Sequence record: MH992123.1
Origin: Escherichia phage OLB145
Length of the DNA: 64,000 nt
Reading direction: 5' to 3' (one strand)
A model generated the notes under the pieces. It saw nothing but the letters and a program-made list of their open reading frames with translations, was not told the origin of the DNA and did no database searches. Of the stretch, positions 1-7,679 are shown one piece after another; position 1 is the first letter of the stretch, and every line of letters starts with the position of its first letter. Made by a program: the position numbers and the translations under genes.

Positions 1-502
1 GCTATCTGCCAATACCACTCACTCTATTGATGGCCTAGTAGTACGTGAGCTGGTTCGTCGTTGTGACTATGACAAGAACCAGATTGAATACATCAAGGCT
101 CTTTGCAATAGTGAAGCTGAATATAAGACTTCTGAAAAGAACTATGGCAAAGCAATGGAACTGTGGGGCTACTATGAGAAGACAGGATTCCTGACTGCTC
201 GTATCTTTGATTATCTGGATTCTGAAACTATTAAATTAGTAAATACTCAGGACATTCTAGACCTGATTGAATCCATGCCTAAGAAGCCATTCCATGTACT
301 CACTGTACATGACTGCTTCCGTTGCCTGCCTAACTATGGCAATGACATTCGTCGTCAGTACAACAACCTGTTAGCTACTATTGCTAAGGGTGATTTACTA
401 TCTTTCATTATGAGCCAAGTTCTAGGCCAAGAAGTTACTATTGGCAAACTAGACCCGACTCTATGGGAAGATGTATTAGAAACCGAATACGCTCTATCTT
501 AA
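1..502 (+). CDS. RNA polymerase II large subunit (T7-like single-subunit RNAP family), C-terminal fragment; 5' end lies outside the window
   Basis: Frame 2 is open from the first base of the window to TAA at 500-502 (track ORF 155-502 is only its last Met-initiated part); contains 'TVHDCF', resembling T7 RNAP motif C (HDSF); sits immediately upstream of the decoration-protein gene as N4 gp16 does. Confidence 0.6.
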   Translation, partial: LSANTTHSIDGLVVRELVRRCDYDKNQIEYIKALCNSEAEYKTSEKNYGKAMELWGYYEKTGFLTARIFDYLDSETIKLVNTQDILDLIESMPKKPFHVLTVHDCFRCLPNYGNDIRRQYNNLLATIAKGDLLSFIMSQVLGQEVTIGKLDPTLWEDVLETEYALS

Positions 503-509
503 TAACTAA

Positions 510-542
510 GGCTATCCCTACGGGGGTAGCCTTTATTTTTTT
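510..542 (+). terminator. intrinsic terminator
   Basis: 9-bp GC-rich stem 510-518/523-531 (one G-U pair), tetraloop TACG, then T-rich tract 532-542. Confidence 0.7.
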
Positions 543-586
543 AGTAAATCATAATGGATAGGCATTTAACCTATGAGGAAATTAAA

Positions 587-1426
587 ATGCCTGTTCTTAA
601 AGTGATGTTTCATAAAGACACCAACGTAGCTACTGTACTGGATGCCAGTGGTAGCCTTAGTGATGGTTCCATTGAGGTGGGTACTTTCCATCATCCTGAT
701 GAAACCTATCCCGATAGTGTAACTATCTATCATGGTGTACGTGACCTGCTGTATAAACGCAGTGCTAAAGACCCATCTCAAACTGCTTCTTACCCAAATA
801 ACATTATCAATATGCAAGTTATCAGTATTGATATGAAGGCAACTCCTCGCCTAATTCTGGGTACTGCATTGCCTCGTGTAATCTCTACTATTGAAGGTAA
901 AGATGTAACCTGGCATGTAGATGTTGCTGGTGGTAAAGCACCATTGACTTACAAGTGGCAGTTTAAAGCTAATACTGTAGGTGCTGCTTTCACTGATATT
1001 GATTCCGGAGAGAATCCTACAGCTAAAACTGCAACTCTTATTAACCATGCAGTAACTGCTGAATCTGCTGGTACTTATAAAGTCATCGTTACTGATGCTA
1101 ACGGTACTACTATCGAGAGTTCTTCTCTGCTGGTTGTAGGAGTTCAGGAACCACCTGAAGTAGCTTCTATTGTTGCTTATCCAAGTCCGCTGGCTCTATC
1201 AGTAGCTGATGATATTACCGATGGTAAAACAGTTAAGTTTTCTTCCCTGCCTGCTGGCTCTTTGATTGGTACTCTGTCCATTAAGACCCAGCCTGACAGT
1301 GGTAAAGCTACTGCTGAGATTAGTGGTAATGTACTGACAGTTAAACCTGTAGCCGCAGGTGACACTACTGTAGTGGTCACCAACGGAACCAAGGAAGTAA
1401 CTGTTACGGTTAATGTTACAGAGTAA
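587..1426 (+). CDS. Ig-like domain capsid decoration protein (N4 gp17-like)
   Basis: Track ORF 554-1426; ATG at 587 has GAGGA 7 nt upstream, ATG 554 has no SD; bacterial Ig-like (Big_2-type) repeats such as 'TYKVIVTDANGTTIESS' and 'VKPVAAGDTTVVVTNGTKEVTVTVNV'; position after the RNAPII gene matches N4 decoration protein. Confidence 0.6.
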   Translation: MPVLKVMFHKDTNVATVLDASGSLSDGSIEVGTFHHPDETYPDSVTIYHGVRDLLYKRSAKDPSQTASYPNNIINMQVISIDMKATPRLILGTALPRVISTIEGKDVTWHVDVAGGKAPLTYKWQFKANTVGAAFTDIDSGENPTAKTATLINHAVTAESAGTYKVIVTDANGTTIESSSLLVVGVQEPPEVASIVAYPSPLALSVADDITDGKTVKFSSLPAGSLIGTLSIKTQPDSGKATAEISGNVLTVKPVAAGDTTVVVTNGTKEVTVTVNVTE

Positions 1427-1447
1427 TGTGATTATTTTTATGAATGT

Positions 1448-1471
1448 AGCCCTCCTTGTGAGGGCTTTTTA
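1448..1471 (+). terminator. intrinsic terminator
   Basis: 7-bp stem 1448-1454/1460-1466, loop CTTGT, T-tract 1467-1470. Confidence 0.65.
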
Positions 1472-1495
1472 GTATCTATAGGAGAGTAAATAATT

Positions 1496-1810
1496 ATGGC
1501 TAATAAGAGCCGTCTTCGTGTATGGCATATCCCTCAAGTACCCGGCAAAGCCTTCTATGTTGAAGTAGATTCAGTAGAAGAAGGTGTACGTATCATTGAT
1601 ATACTAGCCAACTATGACCTATTCCAGTATGAGAACAACATCAAAGGTGATTACTGCAATGTCTCTGGTTTACAGATGTATGATGAACATATCACTGATG
1701 ATGAAATGGAAGAGATGGGTCTGACTGAACGTTGGGTAGACTGGTACTATGAAGATGACCAGAGCTTTTTTGATAACCCGAAAGAGTATTTGAATAATCT
1801 CAAGAAGTAA
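1496..1810 (+). CDS. hypothetical protein
   Basis: 104-aa ORF with AGGAGAG SD upstream of ATG 1496; acidic C-terminus. Confidence 0.6.
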   Translation: MANKSRLRVWHIPQVPGKAFYVEVDSVEEGVRIIDILANYDLFQYENNIKGDYCNVSGLQMYDEHITDDEMEEMGLTERWVDWYYEDDQSFFDNPKEYLNNLKK

Positions 1811-1850
1811 TTTCTTGGGGTTAATGACCCTTATTAATTCCTTATCCTTT

Positions 1851-1874
1851 GCCCTCCATAGGAGGGCTTTTTTA
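1851..1874 (+). terminator. intrinsic terminator
   Basis: Perfect 7-bp stem GCCCTCC/GGAGGGC (1851-1857/1861-1867) followed by TTTTTT. Confidence 0.7.
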
Positions 1875-1884
1875 CGGAGTACAA

Positions 1885-2091
1885 ATGTTTAAGTTCTTAG
1901 ACCTTATCTGGGCAGTCATTTTGCTGGTTGCTACAGGCTTTGTATATGGCTTCTTGCTCCCATCAATGATGTCTGCTTTAGACAGCATCATTGTTGTTAT
2001 GGGCTTGATAGTCTGTATTGTGTGGCCTCTTATCGTAGGCCGTATCGTTTATCTTACAGTTAAGAAAAGGATGAGAAGAAAGCATGTATAA
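1885..2091 (+). CDS. small two-TM membrane protein, translationally coupled to downstream SPFH gene
   Basis: Track ORF starts at TTG 1849 inside the terminator; first ATG 1885 has GGAG 4 nt upstream; product 'MFKFLDLIWAVILLVATGFVYGFLLPSMMSALDSIIVVMGLIVCIVWPLIVGRIVYL' is two hydrophobic helices; stop overlaps next start (ATGTATAA). Confidence 0.55.
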   Translation: MFKFLDLIWAVILLVATGFVYGFLLPSMMSALDSIIVVMGLIVCIVWPLIVGRIVYLTVKKRMRRKHV

Positions 2092-2920
2092 GTATATTGC
2101 AGTAGCAATTGCAGGGCTAATCATTGCTCTAAGTTTAACGAGCTGCTATGACCGAGTTGAACCAGGTAATGTAGGTATTATCGTTAACCGTCTCGGTGAA
2201 GATAAAGGTGTGGAAAATGAGGTTAAAGGTGTAGGCCGTTACTGGCTCACTTGGAATGAAGAACTTTATACATTCCCGACCTTTAAGCAGATGAAGACCT
2301 ATGATGGTCTGTTCTACTTCCAACTGTCTGATGGTACTCAGATAGGTCACCAGATGGCTATCAGCTATAAAGTGAACCCTACTAAGGTAACTAATATCTT
2401 CCAGACGTATCGTAAGGGAGTTAATGAAATTACCGAGCAGGATTTACGACAACGTATTGCTGATGTACTTAACAGACAGGGTAACTTGATTAACACTGAT
2501 ACCTTTATTGATGGTGGTAAATCTAAGCTACTGGATAGTGTCACTGACACAATCCGTAAAGAGATGGAACCAGTGGGGATTGATATTATTGCTATCTCCT
2601 GGATTGGTGCTCCTGAATACCCTGACAACGTTAAACGTGCCATTAATGCCAAAGTAGAAGCTACTCAGAAAACTCTGCAACGTGAGCAAGAGATTCAGCA
2701 ACGTGTAGCTGAAGCTAATATGGAACGTGAACAAGCTAAGGGTGTAGCAGATGCTATTCTGATTAAGGCTAAAGCAGAGGCTGACGCTATTCGTTTACGT
2801 GGTGAAGCACTCACCGAGAACCCAAATGTAATGCAACTGGAAGCCATTAATAAGTGGAATGGTACATTACCTACCACAATGATTCCTGGGGCTACTACAC
2901 CTTTCGTTAATGTGAAATAA
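2084..2920 (+). CDS. SPFH/band-7 (stomatin/prohibitin-like) domain lipoprotein
   Basis: N-terminal signal with lipobox 'LSLTSC'; SPFH-like core; C-terminal coiled coil 'KAKAEADAIRLRGEALTENPNVMQLEAINKWNGTLP', resembling the prohibitin/HflC C-terminus. Confidence 0.6.
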   Translation: MYKYIAVAIAGLIIALSLTSCYDRVEPGNVGIIVNRLGEDKGVENEVKGVGRYWLTWNEELYTFPTFKQMKTYDGLFYFQLSDGTQIGHQMAISYKVNPTKVTNIFQTYRKGVNEITEQDLRQRIADVLNRQGNLINTDTFIDGGKSKLLDSVTDTIRKEMEPVGIDIIAISWIGAPEYPDNVKRAINAKVEATQKTLQREQEIQQRVAEANMEREQAKGVADAILIKAKAEADAIRLRGEALTENPNVMQLEAINKWNGTLPTTMIPGATTPFVNVK

Positions 2921-2926
2921 CTAAGC

Positions 2927-2957
2927 AAACCCACCATTACGGTGGGTTTATTTTTTT
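2927..2957 (+). terminator. intrinsic terminator
   Basis: 9-bp stem AAACCCACC/GGTGGGTTT (2927-2935/2941-2949), then TTTTTTT. Confidence 0.7.
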
Positions 2958-2983
2958 GAAGTTATCTAACACTGGGTATTCCT

Positions 2984-3208
2984 ATGAAAGTAAATGTTTT
3001 ACGTCGTAAGAAAGTTCCTTTCTTTCAAATCAATTGTGGTTCATGTTTTCAACACGATGATGACTACTATATGAAGTGTAGTTATCAATCTAAAGAACAC
3101 TTCTACGGTGTGAATTTACAAACAGGGCATCTGTTCACATTTGATAATAATGACTTTGTTTATCCTGTGACTTTAGAAGCATGTATTCCTGACCCGCTTA
3201 ATAAATAG
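2984..3208 (+). CDS. hypothetical Cys-rich small protein
   Basis: 74-aa ORF; 'CGSCFQHDDDYYMKC' suggests a small zinc-binding motif. Confidence 0.4.
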   Translation: MKVNVLRRKKVPFFQINCGSCFQHDDDYYMKCSYQSKEHFYGVNLQTGHLFTFDNNDFVYPVTLEACIPDPLNK

Positions 3209-3209
3209 T

Positions 3210-3566
3210 ATGGCTCAAGAAAAGAATCGTCGTCAGACACTTATCGAACGTATTCAGGCCAGAATCAAATTACAGGACTTAGGCTATACCGTTAATGGTC
3301 AGCCTAGTCTCTGTCACATCTGGACTGGTTCACATTCAGGTAATGGACGTGGTGGGCAATATGGCAGGATTTCCGTGAATGGAGTTACCTCTGCAACTCA
3401 CATTATTGCCTATACCCATTATCATGGTTATATCCCCAATAAGATGCAAGTAGACCATCTCTGTAATAACCGTCTGTGCTGTAACCCTGAACATCTTGAA
3501 TTGGTTACTCACCAAGAGAACCAGAGAAGAAGGGCTAAGCGTTCTAAATCTAAAGGAAATAAATAA
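3210..3566 (+). CDS. HNH homing endonuclease
   Basis: 'HIIAYTHYHGYIPNKMQVDHLCNNRLCCNPEHLELVTHQENQ' is a complete HNH_3-type motif with a basic C-terminal tail. Confidence 0.75.
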   Translation: MAQEKNRRQTLIERIQARIKLQDLGYTVNGQPSLCHIWTGSHSGNGRGGQYGRISVNGVTSATHIIAYTHYHGYIPNKMQVDHLCNNRLCCNPEHLELVTHQENQRRRAKRSKSKGNK

Positions 3567-3737
3567 ATGATTAAAAAACTTATTTGTAAACTTATTGCAG
3601 CAATCTTAATTAGTATTATTGGTATTGCATGGGTAATTTCTACGCCAGATAACGTTATGCAACAAATTTATTATGCTGTGTATACATCAACCTCTTTTGT
3701 TTGGGTTTATGTAATGTACCGTATTTGCAGCGACTAA
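3567..3737 (+). CDS. small membrane protein (56 aa), not in the ORF track
   Basis: ATG 3567 directly after the HNH stop with AAGGAAA 8 nt upstream; 'MIKKLICKLIAAILISIIGIAWVISTPDNVMQQIYYAVYTSTSFVWVYVMYRICSD'; below the 60-aa track cutoff. Confidence 0.45.
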   Translation: MIKKLICKLIAAILISIIGIAWVISTPDNVMQQIYYAVYTSTSFVWVYVMYRICSD

Positions 3738-3766
3738 TACTTAATATAGCTTAACTGGAGAGTAAA

Positions 3767-4825
3767 ATGGCTAGTATTGATTCTATTGCCGTATGTAATC
3801 CACGGCAGGTACGTAAATTTGTTGAACACTGTATCCGTTCAGGATTGGTTCCATTTATCACTTCATCCCCTGGCATGGGTAAATCTGCAATTGTTCATCA
3901 GATTGCAGAAGATTTTGGCCTGAAACTGATTGACCATCGTCTGTCTACTTCAGCACCAGAAGACCTGTCAGGTCTGCCTCGTTTTAAAGAAAATGGTCGT
4001 GCTGAATTTGCTCCATTTGATGAGCTATTCCCACTGGAAGGGGATGCTGTACCTGAAGGATTTAATGGCTGGCTTCTCTTTCTCGATGAGTTTAACTCTG
4101 CTCGTAAAGAGATTCAGGCTGCTGCTTATAAACTGGTACTCGACCGTATGACCGGTCAGAAGAAGCTACATCCTTATGTAGCTATCGTATGTGCTGGTAA
4201 CAAAGCAACTGACCGTGCCATTACTAATAACCTGTCTACAGCTATGCAATCACGTCTTATTCATCTGGAAATGGAGACTGATTTTGATGTCTTCATGGAA
4301 GATGTAGCCATCCCTAATAAGTGGGATGAGCGTGTAATTGCATTCCTGAATGCTAACCCAAATAAACTGAATGATTTTGAACCAGACCATCAAGAGAAGA
4401 CTTTCTGTTGTTCTCGTACATGGGAGTTCGTTAACAAGATTGTTTCCATTCTCCCACCAGGACCAATTGATAGTGAAATGACTCTACTGTTAGCAGGCAC
4501 TATCACTTCTGGTGTAGCAACATCATTCGTCCAGTTTACTCAGGTCTATAGCAACATGGTGTCTTTGAATGAGATTTTGGATAATCCTAAGAAAGCTCGT
4601 ATGCCTGAAGACAATAACCTGTTGTGGGCTGTAGTCACTTCACTGATTAACAATACTGACGAAGATAATCATTCGAAAATCTTTGATTACGTTGAACGTA
4701 TGCCATTTACGTTCAAGGTTTTGTACTACCGTTCCGTAGGTAGTCTGGTTCCAGCTTTAGTTAAATTACCGAACTGGCGTGTTGCTGCAATCACATTATC
4801 TAAATACGTTCATGGTTCCAATTAA
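3767..4825 (+). CDS. AAA+ ATPase, MoxR-like (N4 gp24-like)
   Basis: Walker A 'SSPGMGKSAIV', Walker B 'LLFLDEFNSA', sensor-like 'VAIVCAGN'; GGAGAG SD. Confidence 0.7.
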   Translation: MASIDSIAVCNPRQVRKFVEHCIRSGLVPFITSSPGMGKSAIVHQIAEDFGLKLIDHRLSTSAPEDLSGLPRFKENGRAEFAPFDELFPLEGDAVPEGFNGWLLFLDEFNSARKEIQAAAYKLVLDRMTGQKKLHPYVAIVCAGNKATDRAITNNLSTAMQSRLIHLEMETDFDVFMEDVAIPNKWDERVIAFLNANPNKLNDFEPDHQEKTFCCSRTWEFVNKIVSILPPGPIDSEMTLLLAGTITSGVATSFVQFTQVYSNMVSLNEILDNPKKARMPEDNNLLWAVVTSLINNTDEDNHSKIFDYVERMPFTFKVLYYRSVGSLVPALVKLPNWRVAAITLSKYVHGSN

Positions 4826-4991
4826 TAAGAAGGGAGTTACAGACCTCCTGTATGTTGCTGGCTTTAACGGTGAAGAAATTACCGTATATGCCCCAAGTCT
4901 GGCTGCTGCTAAACAAAAGGCAGTTGAATACTTTCGTCCAAAGAAACGTGTAGCCCATACTATTTGGGTTCATCTCGCAGAGGAAAACTGA
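4812..4991 (+). CDS. hypothetical small protein
   Basis: Track ORF 4779-4991 overlaps the AAA+ gene; only in-frame ATG is 4812 (no SD, overlaps upstream stop). Confidence 0.3.
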   Translation: MVPINKKGVTDLLYVAGFNGEEITVYAPSLAAAKQKAVEYFRPKKRVAHTIWVHLAEEN

Positions 4992-4992
4992 T

Positions 4993-6135
4993 ATGTCCAT
5001 GACAGATGCTCAATTAACCCGTGAATATGACAGATGTCAGGCTAAAGCCTTTATGGGCAAAACTGCTGCATTCTTTGGTTCACTGTTATGTTCCCTGAAG
5101 TTCCGTTGGGTAAAAGATGGCTGTGATACAGCACAAACCGATGGTGAGCATCTCGAATGGAATCCTGATTGGTTTGAAAGTCTATTACCTGAATCTCGTG
5201 TAACAGTACTTATGCATGAACTATGGCATGTTGGCTTACTGCATTCTGTTCGTATGGGTTCTCGTGACCCAGAAGTATGGAATTATGCCTGTGATATTTA
5301 TATCAACAATCAGCTTATTCAGGATGGCTACAGCTTTATAGGAATCGAAAATTGCTGGAAAGACCCTAAGTATGCTGGTTGGGCTGAAGAACAAATCTAT
5401 GATGACCTCATGAGCAAACAGATACGTCCTCCTAAAGCACATGGTGCTTTTGGGACTGGCTCAGGTGGTGACATGAAATCTTCCACTTCGAAGGCTAGTC
5501 AGGTGAATATTGTCAATAATGTAGTAAGAGCCATGCACCAACAGAAACTATCTGGTGGCTCTTTGCCTGGGGTATTACCTGGAAAAATGGAAGAAGTTAT
5601 TACTCAATTCCTGAAACCAGTAGTACCGTGGCAGGTTTTACTTGAACGCTTCTTCAATGACCTGCAAGAAACTTACTACTCATGGCAACGGCCTAATCGT
5701 AGATACCCTGATATGTACCTACCATCTCCTATGGATGATGACGGTAGACTGGAACATCTGGCTTATTTCCTCGATACATCTGGCTCCATTAAACCTAAAG
5801 ATGCTTTACGCTTTAGCTCTGAAGTGGCCTATGTAAAAGAGAAATATCAGCCTCAGAAGATGACTCTAGTTCAGTTCACTACAGAGATTGTAGACGAACA
5901 AGTCATTGAAGATGGTGATAAGTTTACTGATGTCACTATCAAAGGACGAGGTGGTACTAGTCTGGTTCCTGTACGTGAGTGGATTATTAAGCATAAGCCT
6001 ACTGCTGCCATTATCTTTACTGACTTAGAAGTCAGACCGATGGAGCCATTGCCATTTGACATTCCTGTCATATGGGTAGTTATTCGTAACCCTGGTGCAC
6101 AAGTTCCATTTGGGAAAATTATTAACATTACATGA
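4993..6135 (+). CDS. von Willebrand factor A domain protein with N-terminal HExxH metallopeptidase-like motif (N4 gp25-like)
   Basis: 'VLMHELWHVGLLH' (HExxH); MIDAS-like 'LAYFLDTSGSI'; SD GAGGAAA; adjacent to the AAA+ ATPase. Confidence 0.65.
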   Translation: MSMTDAQLTREYDRCQAKAFMGKTAAFFGSLLCSLKFRWVKDGCDTAQTDGEHLEWNPDWFESLLPESRVTVLMHELWHVGLLHSVRMGSRDPEVWNYACDIYINNQLIQDGYSFIGIENCWKDPKYAGWAEEQIYDDLMSKQIRPPKAHGAFGTGSGGDMKSSTSKASQVNIVNNVVRAMHQQKLSGGSLPGVLPGKMEEVITQFLKPVVPWQVLLERFFNDLQETYYSWQRPNRRYPDMYLPSPMDDDGRLEHLAYFLDTSGSIKPKDALRFSSEVAYVKEKYQPQKMTLVQFTTEIVDEQVIEDGDKFTDVTIKGRGGTSLVPVREWIIKHKPTAAIIFTDLEVRPMEPLPFDIPVIWVVIRNPGAQVPFGKIINIT

Positions 6136-6141
6136 GGTTTT

Positions 6142-6648
6142 ATGGTTGTTAATGGAAAACTATTGTTAGGTGCTATGCCCATTAAGGGCATGGTTAACAG
6201 TAAACTCAGTTCAGGTGAGACTACATTTGGACTGGGAGAAGCTGGTTATGACATCCGTATTAAACAGGATGTTACCTTCTACCGATTTCTTGGTTTGATT
6301 CCCTGCATCAAGATTAAAGATGAAGGAAAGACCAAGTGGAAGTTTGGCACTTTCACATTAGCTTCTGCAATGGAACGTTTCAATGTACCTGCTGGCCTAG
6401 TAGGTATTGTCCATGACAAATCCACATGGGCAAGGCGTACATTATCTGTATTCAATACCGTTATTGAACCAGGATGGTCAGGCTATCTGACTTTAGAACT
6501 GGTTTATCACGGTCGTAAAAAACTTCATATCCCTGCTGGTTCAGGTATTGCTCAGGTCATCTTCCATGAGACAGTAGAGAATACTGCCTACAATGGACGA
6601 TACCAGAACCAGCCTAATCAACCTGTAGCTGCTAAGTCAGCTCGTTAA
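6142..6648 (+). CDS. dcd: dCTP deaminase / dUTPase-superfamily protein
   Basis: 'IVHDKSTWARRTLSVFNTVIEPGWSGYLTLELV' resembles the Dcd/dUTPase active-site region. Confidence 0.55.
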   Translation: MVVNGKLLLGAMPIKGMVNSKLSSGETTFGLGEAGYDIRIKQDVTFYRFLGLIPCIKIKDEGKTKWKFGTFTLASAMERFNVPAGLVGIVHDKSTWARRTLSVFNTVIEPGWSGYLTLELVYHGRKKLHIPAGSGIAQVIFHETVENTAYNGRYQNQPNQPVAAKSAR

Positions 6649-6661
6649 TTAAGGAAATATC

Positions 6662-6862
6662 ATGTCTATCTTTACTACTAAGGTTAATGGTCAGAAAGTT
6701 ACTGTTGTTGCTCGTAACGTAGCTTACGTTACTGAAAACAGTGAAGGCCATGGTGTAATTACTTTTACTAACGGTGATTCCATTGATACCCAGGTAGGTT
6801 ATGACTCTATCCGTCGTAACGTAGCTAAAGCACTTGATGGTGCTAAAGACATCGCAGAGTAA
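6662..6862 (+). CDS. hypothetical protein
   Basis: 66-aa ORF with AAGGAAA SD; followed by two tandem hairpin/T-tract elements. Confidence 0.5.
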   Translation: MSIFTTKVNGQKVTVVARNVAYVTENSEGHGVITFTNGDSIDTQVGYDSIRRNVAKALDGAKDIAE

Positions 6863-6937
6863 GGTGTTTACAGTAATGGGGCTATATAGTAGCCCTATTT
6901 ATGGAAATTCCTTTCTCCATTGCTTAGTCCCAACTAT

Positions 6938-6961
6938 GCCCACTTTATGTGGGCTTTTTTA
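6938..6961 (+). terminator. intrinsic terminator (second of a tandem pair; a weaker hairpin lies at 6879-6895)
   Basis: Stem GCCCAC/GTGGGC 6938-6943/6949-6954, then TTTTTT. Confidence 0.65.
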
Positions 6962-6975
6962 ATTAGAGACTATGT

Positions 6976-7218
6976 ATGAGCAAACTAGGTATACACGTTT
7001 ACATAGATGAAGCCGAGAAGATATACCCCTATACCTTATTTAGTTCCAGTGATTTACTTCAGATGAAGGTAAACTCCATCATCGTAAACTACTGGTATAA
7101 CGATAAGAATTGGGATTACTGGGCTGCACGACAGAAGAGTAAGAACAAGAAAGATATATTCAAAAGCAAATCAACTCCACATATGTTTCCTTGGTATCAC
7201 AGAAACCGGAGATATTGA
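6976..7218 (+). CDS. hypothetical protein
   Basis: 80-aa ORF; stop TGA overlaps next ATG (TGATG). Confidence 0.45.
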   Translation: MSKLGIHVYIDEAEKIYPYTLFSSSDLLQMKVNSIIVNYWYNDKNWDYWAARQKSKNKKDIFKSKSTPHMFPWYHRNRRY

Positions 7219-7679
7219 TGACAAGAATACCATTTTTAAAACCTAGAAAACGAACACCAAAGCTGTATCAAAAGACCTCAGAAGACGGTTTAGCCTTGAA
7301 CCAGAAAGCTATTAAGGCCGTTAGTGCACTGGTTCAAGGTAAACAGGATGCTGTTGCTTTACGTCTTGTTGTTGAGCAAATCTTAGTTGCTCTGACACTG
7401 GCTCAAGTAGCTAAACAAGAAGGTAAACAAGAAACCTGTAAAACAGCATTAGGTGCTTTGTACTGGTTGTATAAAGACCTTGCTGACAACTTTGAAATGT
7501 CTATGGATAAGTGGCAGGGCATTTCTTGTGTACTTGCTCTTAGAGAAGGGCAGGAATTACTGTCTACTCTACCAAAAGCAGAATTTAAACTCGCCTACAC
7601 TGGAGCACAAAAGATTGTTCTTGGTTCCAGTAAGGACATCTTTAACCACCTCAAGCTATTCAAGGCTTTCTATGATTAA
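7218..7679 (+). CDS. hypothetical protein
   Basis: Track ORF starts at TTG 7191; first ATG 7218 preceded by GGAG. Confidence 0.5.
   Translation: MTRIPFLKPRKRTPKLYQKTSEDGLALNQKAIKAVSALVQGKQDAVALRLVVEQILVALTLAQVAKQEGKQETCKTALGALYWLYKDLADNFEMSMDKWQGISCVLALREGQELLSTLPKAEFKLAYTGAQKIVLGSSKDIFNHLKLFKAFYD

Noticed and set aside
155-502. Track ORF 155-502 as a stand-alone 115-aa gene
   Set aside because: The same frame is open from the first base of the window, so this is the C-terminal end of a longer gene (RNAPII large subunit) whose start lies outside the window.
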